A stretch of DNA of 64,000 nt, taken from the NCBI RefSeq assembly GCF_036588685.1, contig NC_086374.1, forward strand, positions 65,286,001 through 65,350,000. The letters run 5' to 3'. The position numbers and the translations under genes are program-made. The notes under the pieces are model-generated. The model saw only the letters and a program-made list of their open reading frames with translations. It ran no database searches and was not told the DNA's origin. Within the stretch, counting starts at the first letter, position 1, and the number at the start of each line of letters is the position of its first letter. The stretch comes from Mytilus trossulus. Lineage: Eukaryota. Of this stretch, positions 24,357-37,723 are shown piece by piece.

Positions 24357-26947
24357 ATGTTAAAACAATCTCAAGATAGAAATGGACATATCATTATCAT
24401 TGTATCAAATACCATATCGTATTGTCATTTGTTCTAATGATTTTTTTGCTAAAATTTGTCAAAAAAGTATGAGGATAATTATGATATAGATTTTAAAAGT
24501 GGACACCCAACATTAATGGTCTCCCAACCAAATAGGGAGTTTTTCCTTTGAAATAAAATACCTAGAGTTGATATAATCAAATGAAATTCCTTTGGTAATG
24601 TTTTCCATTACATTTGATCTGTCGTGTAAAAATGTTTCTATATGTAAAAAAAAAAATCTGTGTTAAAAACCTGTTTAATTACATCAATTCTCTTGAAACT
24701 TGAAATGAAAATTCTATATTTAAGTTAAACAACAACAAATGGAAGTTTTTAACGACCTTTGCACGTCGGTTAAGACAAACGAGAAAATTAATATTTTTTA
24801 TTAATAAATCTCTTTAACTAAAATTGATCTAAATACAAGTAAACACTTAAAGTCTTATTTGTGTGCCCAAGTAGTTTATGTATAAAAAGAACCTATTCTG
24901 ATTTTTAATGCACACCATTTGTTGATTTAGGTAGATGGATTTTGGGGGTTTGGATCACTCATGTCTTTTCTTTTTTTTTGTTACTTTTTGTCTTGACTAC
25001 ATGTATTATTTCTTTTAAGTTTATTTCCCTTGATAATACTATGTCATTTCGCCTGTTATAAAGGGATGTCTCATTGGCACTTGTACCACATCTCTGCATA
25101 TTTTTAAAATAGTTCCATAAATGAAACAAATTCTGATCATAAACATACGTAGTGCCTAAATAATTATTACAAAAGTATTTAAAATTCACCTTACATTTTG
25201 TAATTGCATTTTCATTTCTGATACAAAGCATAGTTGGAAATGTAGTATGAAGTTATTGTAGGAAAATCAAAACTTTATTAAAAATACAATGAAACATATT
25301 CATGTAAATAAATCCATATTTTATTTTACATTTTCTGATTATAGTCATTTTATTTTTACAATCATGAACCATGAAAGATGTTATTTTCTTCTTCATGATA
25401 AAATAACAAAAATTTGATACATTTTTGTTCTTGTCAAATGACAAAAATGAGGTATTAACAGTAACTATCTTATTTAAGATTTAAGGATGAAATGGTCAGT
25501 TTTCATTATTCTTATATACCTCTGTATTTTATGTGCCTCAACGAATTCTGAAGAAGTAATTTTACTTCTTTTTATGAAATAAGCAGAATGTAGTTTTTAA
25601 ATGTATTTGAAAAGGTGAGAGGGAGAGCTCTGTGATCACATAAGCAAATTATTCAAATAACATTTATTTTGATTTCCATCCTTATTTATCAAAAAATTCA
25701 AACAAAAACTGACATTAAAATGTATTGCTTATTAAAACAGTTCTTAAAAATGTAAAAAATAATCTTATGTTTCTTACTCAAAAGAATTTGTATTTTTTTT
25801 TATTGTTTGAGTGTCTCATTGTTAATCCAAAAAGAATACATCTTATTTAATGTACCAGTACACATATAATAGTTGCATCATCATTTAAACTTTGACCCAA
25901 TTACATATGCATTAATCATGATCAGTATTTATTTGACGTTTTTAATTGATGACCATTATATATAAGGAAAAGTATATGTTAGAAGTTGTCATCAACAGAG
26001 AGATGTGATAAGGACATTTTCTGGTCCATGGAATCTTAATTTCACTATGTAATAAATATATATCAATTATCATCTTTTACATGTCAGAGCTTATCAGATG
26101 TTTGGAATACATTGAATATATTATTCTTATATATTACATTTTGACCCCAAACATCAAATGGTCTAATGTATGAAAAAAGCTGCAAAAAGTTCTTAAATTT
26201 CACATTTTGTAATTGAAATTTAGATATAAACATCTTCACCAAATAAGATATATTCTTTAAGATGTCTTTTCCAAAGATAAAAAAAAGCATTGCAAATATT
26301 TTTCTTAGGGTCACGTATTAAATATTGCCAAAAAATATGCCAATTTTTAATTATTTATCATATCAATTTTATATCATCATTGAATTAGTGCACTGAAATT
26401 AGCATATTTAATTCCATTTAAATTATCTGTAATCAGAGATTCCATATCTTTCATGTTGGTAATGTTAAAAAAAAAAGACTTTATCACATCTCATCTTATT
26501 GGAGTTACACAAACAAGATTTATTAATGTATTTTTTAGAGAAAGAAATACAAATAAATTATATTTATCTACAATTGTCTCTTCCTTATTTAATTCCATTA
26601 TAATACAACAATTGCACATACTTACTATTCAATGACACTGACAAATATTTAAGACTTGCTTGTGACAAAGGTTGCAAAACCTGCTGCTAATAAGCTTTAT
26701 ATTTCAGAAGATAAAAGACCTGGATGCTTCATACCATGATTAAATATGCTTTGTTTTACAAAGAATTCATCAACCTTGACCTCATTTTCGCTGTTCAGCA
26801 AGTGTTTATAAAAATATTAATTTATTTTTTTCATTTGAATTTTCACTTATTGCATTGTAAAAGGATAACAATACTTGGGATATAAGTTCCTTTTTTCAAT
26901 GTTGAACTTGACCTTGAACAAAAAATGATGTAAATATTTATGTCGTT

Positions 26948-27224
26948 AGTATTACCAATGTTAATTCAACTGATCGGGCGGAGTTTACGTTTTAATTTGC
27001 ATAAGGACAGTCTATTTCAAGATGTGTGTGATAAGGATGATTACCGTTATAATTATAACTTATTTCTAATCACCTATCAGTGTCATCAAAGGAATTTACA
27101 AAACAATGACTAGACACTTCATTGGTGAGTTTATCCTAAAACACCTATATATTGATGGACTGGTTTATTGTGAGCAAATCGGTTAAACTCCGCCCAGTCA
27201 AGTGAAATAAATCGAGTAATACTA
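26948..27224. mobile_element. Inverted-repeat element (MITE- or Crypton-like)
   Basis: tagtattac...gggcggagttta / taaactccgccc...gtaatacta. Confidence 0.6.
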
Positions 27225-30200
27225 CATTAAAATCTGGAGGCCACAAAATATAATTCTAAGCAAGACACCAGTTAATATAAAAAAAACATCTTTATCACAC
27301 GAATTGTCATTCACAAATTACAAATATGATAATCTTTATATTTAAAGGTACTGTGGTGCACATATCAGCCTTGAAATAAAGAGTCTGTGTTAATCACCTG
27401 TTTCTGTTTTTGAAATCATGTAAAATATGATTAAAATCATAATGAAAGGTATTTGACACCATAATAATGATTAAGACCAAGTCATCCCATTGTAGTCTTA
27501 AAATAGTAACTGAAGACCCCTTATCTTTATTTAAATTAGTTTTCAATTTCTGACCAATTGAAATTGTTTTGTGTACATTTTTTCCATAGACTTCTATAGG
27601 GAATCCCTATGTTCTATGTTTAGCCATGGTGGCCATGTTTGATAGATGGCATGTTCATCAGATACATTTCTCAACCAAGATATCCCTTTGGAAATTGTGA
27701 CTAGATTTAATTCTATTTGGGCCAGTAGATTAAGTGGGAAATAATTTTTTAAAAGATTACAAAAAATTAGCCATATTCTTTAAAATTAACTATTTAGGGC
27801 AATAACTCCTCAAGTGGTCAATTGAGTAGTTTTGTCATATTGTCCTGACTTTTGACAGACGTAAAAAATGTGACTGGTTAAACCTGTTTTAAGGGGCCAA
27901 CCCTCCTTTAACCTGGGACAGAAGTGTAACAATCCAACATAACAACAAACTAAAAATAAGGTGAAAATGGCTTTACTCGTCAGTGATACAAAGAAGAAAA
28001 AACATCTTACAAAACATATCAGACGTGGTAGGGTATTAATACTTCACAACACAAAAGACACAGAGTACAGATTTGAAAGTACTCACAGTTACTGAAAACT
28101 GGTTCAAGTTCTTAAAAAAAAAGAAGTAAACTAACAAAAATACCTTCAAATCGGAAAGTCCCTTATCAAAAAGTCATATCAAAAGCTCAAACACACAAAA
28201 TGAAACTGAGAATTTTTTTATCAACTGTCATCTTCTAGAATTGGAATATCCTGATGTCAAAAAGGGTAAATACCACTACATGATCACATATTAAAATCAA
28301 CAGATAAAGCAAAAAAACAACAAGGGTTACCAATATGTTAGATCACAAGGAAATTGTAATGATCCAGATATAAGAAATTAACTCTAAATGCCTATTTTCA
28401 ATCTCTTGAATTAGTAACTTGTTCATAAATAGTTGTGGGCCATGGGGTTTCCATTTTTCTTTTCTTTATATGGTGATAGTTTTGTCTTAAAAATAAAAAA
28501 TAAATAAATCAACGAGCATTCCTTGAGACCATAGGTGAATTTGGTGCCTATCTAAACATCAAAGCAGGATTCAGAGTGTGGAACAAAAATACACATAGTC
28601 ATGTAAGTGTTTGGTATCACTATAATTTTTGACTTCTGTTCTCATACTATGAACAACAAATTTATGTATTTTGTTCAAAATATTTTCGTTCTCCATAAAT
28701 GTTTACATAACATCAAAATTATTTTTATTTACCTTTGTATATTATTATACGATGCGGTCGTATGTTGGTATTGTGCCGTCGTCTTCGTCAGCACCACAAA
28801 ATGAAGAGGGGGATAGGAGGAGCCCAATTTCGAAATCCCGAGCTTAAAAACACACGATTCCGGAGTCCCGATAAAGGTCCTATCCCCCCTCAAGGAAGAT
28901 TGGGAGTTATTTTGGGGGTTATGATTCCAACAGTTTAGGAATAAGGGACCAGCAAGGAAACATTTTTTTACTAGTTTCCAGACAATGAATTGTGGAGCAG
29001 TATATGGATCTCTCTGAAATGATGCCACAAGTTTCCATACCACTAAGGGATGGTTAGTATAAGCCAGGGGATATAGCTCAAACCGTTTAGGAATTAGAGT
29101 AAAAAAGGGGGAAAACAAGGGTTTAATGTATAAAAATGGACAATCATTTAAGTACAATACATAATTTAAAAGAAGTCTAATGAAGGTTATTCAAACATAA
29201 TTTATGACCAAATCTTGAACACAAAAGCGCAAATACAATTCTAAATTTTTTGACTACAGTTATTCTTTGTCAAAAACCTATTATGTGTCAAATAGTTAAT
29301 TACAATCTAAATTAAGTCCTATATCAAGCGTGAATATTGTGTCCATTTTTTCCCCAATTGATCAGAGTTGGACTTCTGCGGTCGTATCCTGCTGCGCTTG
29401 GTGAAGCAATTTATTTTGTTCGGCGGCATTTTGTCCAAGGTTATTGATGTCTTTCTGATATTGTTTAAAGTATCACCCAATATCTTATTGATTTTGCATT
29501 TAAATTGTTTCATAGATCAAATTTATTAGTGCAGTGTATGTTTACTTGTTTTTGTGTTCTGATTGAGTTAAGCCATTTCCATTGGTATTTTATAGTGTGT
29601 CTTTCAATGTTTTGATGTTACACTATTTTATTAGGTAAGGGTGAAGGTTGGTACCTATTAAACCAGCTGCGTTTGTTTGCGCATGTCCTAAGTCAGAAAC
29701 CTGATGTTCAGTGGTTGTCGTTTGTTGATGTGGTTCATAAGTGGTTTTTTTATATAGATTAGACCGTTGGTTTTTTCCGTTTGAATGGTTTTACACTAGT
29801 CTTGTGTTCCGGTATGAGCCAATGCTCCGTGTTGTAGATTGTACTTGACATTACTTGATGGTTTACATTTACAAATTGTGACTTGGATGGAGAGTTGTCT
29901 CAATTGCACACATACCACGTCTTCTATAGAGAGCAATATCGGAAATTATGTTATTTATTTTCAGAACCTGTTGCAAACCTTTAAACTAAATCTTGAATAA
30001 ATGATACTTTAATATAAGTTTTTTGGTGCTTATTTGAAATCAGCTGTCACAACGGAACACAGGTTACCATCAATCATTTCCATGCTTACCAGACAAAACA
30101 AAAATCCCTTTGCAGAAACATTTTGACCTAATCACGAACATAATTGATACTATAAAGTGGGTAGACAACGCCATATTGCATATTGAATATTCTTTCCTTT

Positions 30201-32453
30201 GATGCCAACATTATTTAAGGAAAAGTACCTGATAGTCTTGATATAATTTAAAATTCACAAATAACCCAAATTCCCTTATACAAATGCAACAATGCCGTCT
30301 TTCCACACTGATCTATGTCCACACTTGTAATTTATAAAACACATATATGTGTTATGTTATGATAATCCCAATATTTTATTTGATAATATTTATAAGTGAT
30401 GTTGGTATATGTATGCTAAAACTTTGAAAACACAAATTGTTGAAAATTTACTTATTCAGAATTATATATTTTATAATAAGTCTAAAACAAGTGGACTTAT
30501 AAGTTAAAATAGTATATATATCGTTTATGTAATTGCATTATTGCTAATCAAACTTTTCAATATTAAAAAAAAACCAACATATGTTCAAAACTAACAAATA
30601 TATAAATATATTATCAACAAAAAATATATTCGAAACTTGAAAAAATATCTGCAAAATTTTCTTTTGACCCTGGAACGCAGCAAAAATTGTTTAAAAGAAA
30701 AGTGCCAATCCAAAGTGTAAAATTTCATGTCTGCCTCATTTGTTGGTTAAAATTTAGAAAATATACCTCTTATTCTGATGTTTGTTTCTAAAAATTTGAA
30801 TATGACCTCTAAAATGGCCAACCTGTACAATATTAAGCAATTTTTTTGGCATACCAAAGCATTGATTTAGAATCTTGCTTATGAAAAATCCATTTCTAAC
30901 ATCAAAGACAACTTTAGACCTAATTTCGTTAAGAAAAGCCATTCCTTAAAAAAAAAAAAAAATAACAAAAAAAAAACCAACGTCAACAGTTAATAATTGT
31001 CTCTGATCTGATCTGTTATGATTATGATTATTGTCCAATGTACAGTCCGGGAATGTTACAAAACTTCTTTGTAGGCTTAACATCTATCCAGATTCATGTG
31101 TGTATATATGTCTCTGATCTATCTAAAATGATAAAAGAAAAGAAAAAAGTTATATTTAATTTATGAAATAGAGCAGTCAACATACGTGTGAATACAATTC
31201 ACAAATGTCGTTGTTCGTAAAAAAAAAATCATTTGTCCAAAATATAAAATAAACTATTTCTGTAAAATGCATTTTTAAATTCTGTTTCTTAATCTCAAAC
31301 ATATTTAGTTTTTCCTAATTAATAATGCACGCAAGTTATTCAACAGTTCAGGAACGGGCTTTCTTGATTCAGATGTGTTCCTTCAAATAAACATTGATAT
31401 TTGATGGTAAAGGCCATTCTCCATGTGGTCATGTTCTAGTTTTTAGTGCAACCAGAGATGTATATAGTACTATTCTCTGGTGCAACATATTACTCTCCTA
31501 TTTTCCTTGTTCACTGGACACTTATAATGGAATATTGTTTGTATCACATAGTTAGTTGTCACAAGCAACCCATCGGGTATTACATATCAGGAACATATAT
31601 GTTGATATTATACTGTTCCCAGTTCAATTGGTGTAGGAACTGCTATTCACTTATCCGCAGCACCTGGGTATTATCGGTAACGTTCATGTTTAATTTTTCA
31701 TCTTGTAAAAATGTATGCTTCACTATGTGTATCTTCATTGCTTTCTTTTATTTGAATTCATTGTTGACTATCTTTGTGAGACATGCTCTGGGCCATTTAT
31801 AGCCCAACAAATCAAATGGATATTGTCCTGTTTAGTGTTGAATATAAAAAAAAACTGGGTGTCTTTTAGGTTTTTGTGTTTATGAGTTGCCGTCTACATC
31901 TTTTTCTCACTATAAGGTATAGTATTTGCTTTTGAGTGAGAACATATTAGGGTCATATTATACTTGTGAAAGCAACAACATTTTAAAATAACTTTGATTG
32001 TTACTTTATTAACCCAATCTCGGAGTTAAAAAGCACTTTAAACCAACCATTATGAAAAGCAGTATAAAATCTTGCAGTGGCATTGACCGTGTGGTTGTAA
32101 AAATCCAAGACTTCCTGTATATAACACTAACCAAATCAGTTAAGAGTTCAAAGCAAATACGAAGTTTAAAAGATGTGAAAGACAAACATTCCGAAATGCA
32201 GTGCCAAAATTTGCTAAGGTGACTTGTATTTATGGATAAAAAAATCTTATTTTGACAGGTTTTAACGACTTTTTTACTGGCGTAGCATCGCTTTATTTCT
32301 CACCAGTTGATCGAATCAAAGGTCTTGTCAGTTACTTCGATTTATACTGTCAAAGTTTAACTCGTAAGAAAAGCTACGATATTCAAAGTATGATGCTAGT
32401 AAATACTCAAAAGGAAACAAATAAAATATCAGGAAACGTTTATCTTCAATTAC

Positions 32454-32715
32454 CTTCCTTGCACTCCACTAATATTTCGATTAAGAAGACGGTTACTGGT
32501 CGATTCTTCTATCCCAAATTTTTCCTCTGTAAGTAGAGGAAGTCGTAATTGACAGTTTCTCGGATCACAAGGATCAGTTGAACTAAACTTGTACACCATA
32601 GTCAACTGACAATTGTTGGTTTCTGTATATCTTGTTCCACTGGCTACTTCTTGAGACGGATATCTTGTTCCACTAGGAACTACTTGAGACGGATATCCAG
32701 CAGACTGTTCCTGGA
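32454..32715 (-). pseudogene. Exon-like ORF of an unknown repeated gene/pseudogene (QEQSAGYPSQVVPSGTRYPSQEVASGTRYTETNNCQLTMVYKFSSTDPCDPRNCQLRLPLL...)
   Basis: ttatag| acceptor and AG|gtaatt donor on the minus strand, 262 nt open, internal 33-nt duplication. Confidence 0.5.
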
Positions 32716-34601
32716 CTATAACACAATCATATAAAACATGTTTGAAATTGATAGTGATTCTTTACTGATTACAGCAGATTTCAATGAGTGTGTAGCCAAA
32801 GGTAATATCTTTGGTTAGCTTGCTTTTTAGCTGAACCGTGAAGTAATTGTTAGGTTAGGTAAACTACCCTCCTTTCGAAGTAGCATAGTCCAACAGACAG
32901 ATTGTTTTTTTTTCTGTAGGACTAGTCTATTCTTAAAGTATACACTCCGCTGTAACATCAATTGAAATGATGTACTTCTAATAAACTGTTTGACCAATCG
33001 TTTTGTAGTATAAACGGTCAATAGCAGTCTAAATATCAATACGAAACTTTTTGGGTTCACAAAGTCAAACAGATGGTTCACTTCCATCAAGCTTGGTGCT
33101 GCTGCGGAGTATAAGTCCAGTGATGAAAATTTAATACCAACTTTTCTATTTTCTACAACTCGATTTCATTATTTCTTTTTAAACACTTTTTTCTATTGTA
33201 ATCATAATCAAGGTGATTTTAAATTGCATGATAATATTTTCCTTTCTCTCAGAATTGTTTTGGCTTGGTTTACGGTTTAAACGGTTTACGCCTTTACCTT
33301 AATTATGGTTATGTTTACCGGCAAATTTTCACTATTATAGAATTAGAGAAAATATATATAAAGGAAATATGACTTGTAAAAGGAAAAACTAAAATGAGAG
33401 TTGGAATGATAATATACATTTTTGAATAAATCAAAAGTTATTATTACTTTACTACATATTTAATATTAAATATTCCTACCATTCATTTCAGCTATCAACT
33501 TGAATCGTAGACTATCCATATATACTATAGTATACAATCAAATGTATACTCAAAACAAAAATAAAGCTGTACAAAAGTAGCGTTTTCTTTCAATACATGT
33601 ATTTCAACATCCACCTTGGTAAGAACCTGTTGTGCTATTTATATTGTAATTCAATTATTTATTAGAAAAAGCCGAACATCTTATTTTTGGCGACCGTCAG
33701 TAAATAAGACAGTCTTAAATGTATATGTGGCATTCTTTATTTCATGTCCGAAGGACGATTAACACAAACGCTAAAATTTGTAATTATTTAGTGAGAGAAC
33801 ATTATCTGCATTGCGAAGTTAAAAGATGTAAAACTAATTGTTTTACTAGACTGAAATGCTCTTTTGAAGTTGTGCTATAAAAGAAACAATAAATCGTACG
33901 ATTTCAAAACTTATAAATCATTCTTTGCAGCAAAGTTCAGAAGAAACACTTTTCATTGTTTCGATTCCTGTTAATTAATTTTATTATAACAGATGGTTGA
34001 ATAATGAGTTAGTGTCCATGTGCAAGCATTTTGTTGATCAGTATATAGGATTCACTAGAGTACATTTAACGTAGATAGATTTCACGTATTTAGGGCAGAG
34101 ACAAATAAGAGCGCCACTACACTGGGTTCATTTATTTTTTATTATATATTTATAGTTATACGTCACACAACTTTAAATTCATACTATAATCTATTTTTGT
34201 ACATTAAATAAGGAAGATATATAAGACGAACAATATCGTGGACATATTTTCATGTTTTATGCAGCATGCAAAATTGTAGCTTTATAACTGAAATTAGTGT
34301 GTTTAGTAAATATTTCATATTTCACACCAATATTTATTTTAGCATACTTAAGCATATAGTAGATAATAGATAATGCATAACAGGTTGATTATAGATGAAA
34401 GAATTGTCTAACGTATATTCCATTGTACTACATTATGCTGTAAAAATATAAATAATGTACTGACAATCACTTATTTATGTTCAAAATTGAATGTATTAAT
34501 AGTAGTCGTGAATACTAGAGATGACAATCTTTTTGCAGATCAGCGTTTTGAAGGTACAGGAGTACAATGTAACTGGAATATTAATTTGTGTTTATGTGAT
34601 T

Positions 34602-35790
34602 ATAATGAGAATGGAAATGGGGAATGTGTCAAAGAGACAACAACCCCATCATAGAGCAGACAACAGCAGAAGGTCACCAACAGGTCTTCAATTCTGCGAG
34701 AAATTCCAGCACCCGGAGGCGTCATTCAGCTGGCCCCTAAACAAATATATATACTAGTTCAGTTATAATGAACGCCATACTAGACTTCAAATTGTACAAA
34801 AGAAACTAAAAATAGCTAGAGGCTCTTAAGAGCTGTGTCTATGTGGATATTAAACAAAGGACACAGATGGAATCATGACAAAATTGTGTTTTGGTGATGT
34901 TTTTGAAGTTCTTACTTTACTGAACGTCCTTGCTACTTACAATTATCTCTATCTAAAATGAACTTTGCTCATTAGTAACAGAGGAAATTATTTAGTTAAA
35001 AATTACAAAAAAAATAACAAGTTTATGAAAAGTGTTAAAAAATGACTGTTAATGGCAATAACTCCTTAAGGGGTAAAAACTGAACATTTTGATCATGTGG
35101 ACTTATTTGTACATCTTACTTTGCTCAACATAATTGCTGTTTACAGTTTATATCTATCTATAATAGTTTTCAAGATAATAACCAAAAACAGCAAAATTTC
35201 TTCAAAAATTGCCATTTGGGGGACAGCAACCAAACAACCGGTTGTCCAATTCATCTGAAAATTTTGGGACAGATAGACATAAACTTTGGGCCAGGTGAGT
35301 TAAAAATAATTCAAGACTAAAAAGGCTAGATGCTCGTGACTTGGAAAAGGCGCAAACATGCGGCGGGGTTAAACATGTTTACGAGATCTCGACCCTCCTT
35401 TATACCTCTAGCCAATGCAGAAAAGTAAACCCATAACAATACGCACATTAACATTCAGTTCAAGAGAAGTTCGAGTTGATTTCAGAAGATGTAACCAAAG
35501 AAAATAAACAAAATGACAATAGTACATAAATAACAAAAGACTACTAGCAGTTAACTGACATGCCAGCTCCAGACTTCAATTAAGCTGATTGAAAGATTAT
35601 GTCTTCATCATATGAATATCCGGCACAATCCTTCCCTCGAGGGATTTCGTATCATATATACCATCATAACATATATAAGAAGAACCTAAGCCGTGTCATA
35701 CTAACAACTGGGTTTTAAATAAATGTGTTTAGTTCCGATGCAAAGACCTTATATAAGTGAATCAATATTAACGCCAACATAAGCAATCTT
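34602..35790 (+). mobile_element. Dispersed repeat interrupted by a minus-strand HINE-like element (~34813-35305)
   Basis: Uninterrupted reverse-complement copy at ~50100-50502. The host resumes at ataattcaagactaa after the insert. Confidence 0.8.
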
Positions 35791-35937
35791 TAATGATCTA
35801 CTCATTTTTGAATGAATTACAATGACTTATTGTTTAATGCAGTATAGGCCCTGCTCATTGTTGTAGGCAGAAACGTGACTTAATGTTATTTATGCGGCAT
35901 GGGCTCTGCTCATTGTTGAAGGCAGTAAAATGACTTG

Positions 35938-36447
35938 TTGCCTTTAAAATGGCCCACAATACTTATACCATAGACTCGTACGAGTTTGTCAGTAGAGGGT
36001 TAAAAGGAGGATATGGTATCCCAGTTTACAACGAATTCGAACTGAACTATTGCGGCTGGCCAAACTGAGAAATTCTCTACATCGACCATTAAACCAGAGG
36101 TAGAGGTTGGTTATGCCTCTAAAAAAGCACATATCACTTATGCCCTTGACCCGTAAGAGTTAGTCAGGAAAGGATAAGGAGGGGGGTACTCTGGTATATC
36201 ACAAATTCGAAAATGAACTATTACCGGCTGGCCAAACGAAGAGATTCCCCACGTGGGAAATGATACCAGAGGAAGAGGTACTTATTGCCTTTAAAATGGC
36301 CCATAATACTTATACCCTAGACCCGTACGAGTTTGTCAGTAGAGGGTTAAAAGAGGGAAATGGTATCCTGGTTTACAACGAATTCGAAATGAACGATTGC
36401 CAGCTGGCCAAACTAAGAAATTCTCCACATCGACCATTATACCAGAG
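35938..36447. repeat. Satellite patch of three ~173-bp monomers (A-B-A')
   Basis: tgcct(t/c)taaaa...accagag recurs at ~35939, 36114 and 36286. Units 1 and 3 are more alike than either is to unit 2. Confidence 0.85.
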
Positions 36448-36898
36448 TTTTTAGACAGTAGATAGATTATTAGATAATAGAAAGTCTGATACATGATAGC
36501 TGATCAAGAGGAGGGCAGGTCTTTTTGGGGGATGTTGGGATCGGGTATTTTTAAGCTCAGGATTTCGGAATTGGTCCTTTTAGGATCAGGGAATTCTTTT
36601 ATCAAATTCCGGGATGTCAGGATTTAAATTTCTTTGAATTCAGACCTCAAGATTTTATGTTTTAAAGCCCGGGATTTCAAGATAAGGACCCCTCCACCCC
36701 CCACCCCCCTCTCAACTCATTTCAAGAAGACTATGACTTTGTTAAAATATAATTTTGTTTATTAGTATTGGCCTAGTAAAAACAGTTTATTCATATCCAA
36801 TCAAGATATTACTGTTCTTAATTCTAATGAAATATTTGCCATTGAATGGCATGCAGCAATTACATGTATTAAAAAACATGTAACCATGTTTTTTTTAG

Positions 36899-37054
36899 AG
36901 GGAAACCACCTCGACCAAGAAGAAGATCTAAATCAGCCTCATCAAGAGTCAGACATTATTCTCCAGATGTTAGAAACAGAGCAAAATATATTGTTAAAGA
37001 ATACTACACAGAAAGTTCAAGTGCTGAATCTGAAGATGAAATTCATGTCAGAAG
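36899..37054 (+). CDS. AKNA: Duplicate of exon 17177-17332 (copy 2; may be non-functional)
   Basis: Same length, AG/GT intact, open frame, G>V and V>I changes. Confidence 0.6.
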
Positions 37055-37677
37055 GTACTGGTCTTATGAGAAAAAAATGTAGTTTGTTCTTGTAAAATTT
37101 GGGAATTTAAAAAAAGAAAGTAATAAAAACAACAAAATAATCCCCTGACCCCTTCCTCTAGAATTAGGTGAATTAAAAGGAAAAGGATAAAAAACAACTC
37201 TTTTGTCTTCTAATTAAAAAGGACTTTGACATTGAGGTATGTATTTAGTTTGTAATGTGGTCTTAATTGTCTTGTCAAGGCTCATTGTTGAACAAAAAAA
37301 GTTAAAAACAAGCACAAACTTGTATTAACATTTTTTCTTGCAACTTGTAAAAGTAAAAACACAAAAATACTAAACTCCGAGGAAAATTCAAAAAGGAAAA
37401 TCAAAAATCAAAAGGCAGAATCAAATGTCCAAACACATAAAACGAATGGATAACAACTGTCATATTCCTGACTTGGTACAGGCATTTTCTAATATAGAAA
37501 ATGGTGGATTGAAAATGGTTTTATAGCTAGCTAAAGAATGTCAGATCAACCTGAATTTTATAAATGGCCTTCTAAACATTTAAAGATATCACATATCACA
37601 TAAGTAATTTCAGTTGTCCAGCATGAAATTGATTTAACTTGTTCAACAAAATGTATATGCTCTATTTTTTTCTGCAG

Positions 37678-37723
37678 GGGGAGAAACAGAGGAAGAAAAG
37701 GTAGAGGAAGAAAATACAGAAAG
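37678..37723 (+). CDS. AKNA: Duplicate of exon 17767-17812 (copy 2)
   Basis: Identical exon, splice sites intact, read-through frame open to 38113. Confidence 0.6.

Noticed and set aside
25253-25444. Paired near-identical short ORFs (with 42761..42952; also 26084..26314 and 43592..43855)
   Set aside because: Similarity comes from the segmental duplication of AT-rich noncoding DNA.
28729-29157. 142-aa minus-strand ORF
   Set aside because: Partly overlaps a dispersed repeat related to ~16810-17000, with no recognisable motif or convincing splice structure.
32716-33028. Stop-codon recoding (several in-frame TAA/TAG in one minus-strand frame)
   Set aside because: The neighbouring gene uses TAG as a stop. 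Paralogs have deletions and frameshifts here, so decay or intron sequence explains it.
36260-36454. 64-aa ORF
   Set aside because: Lies in a satellite monomer, and the sibling monomers do not clearly keep the frame.
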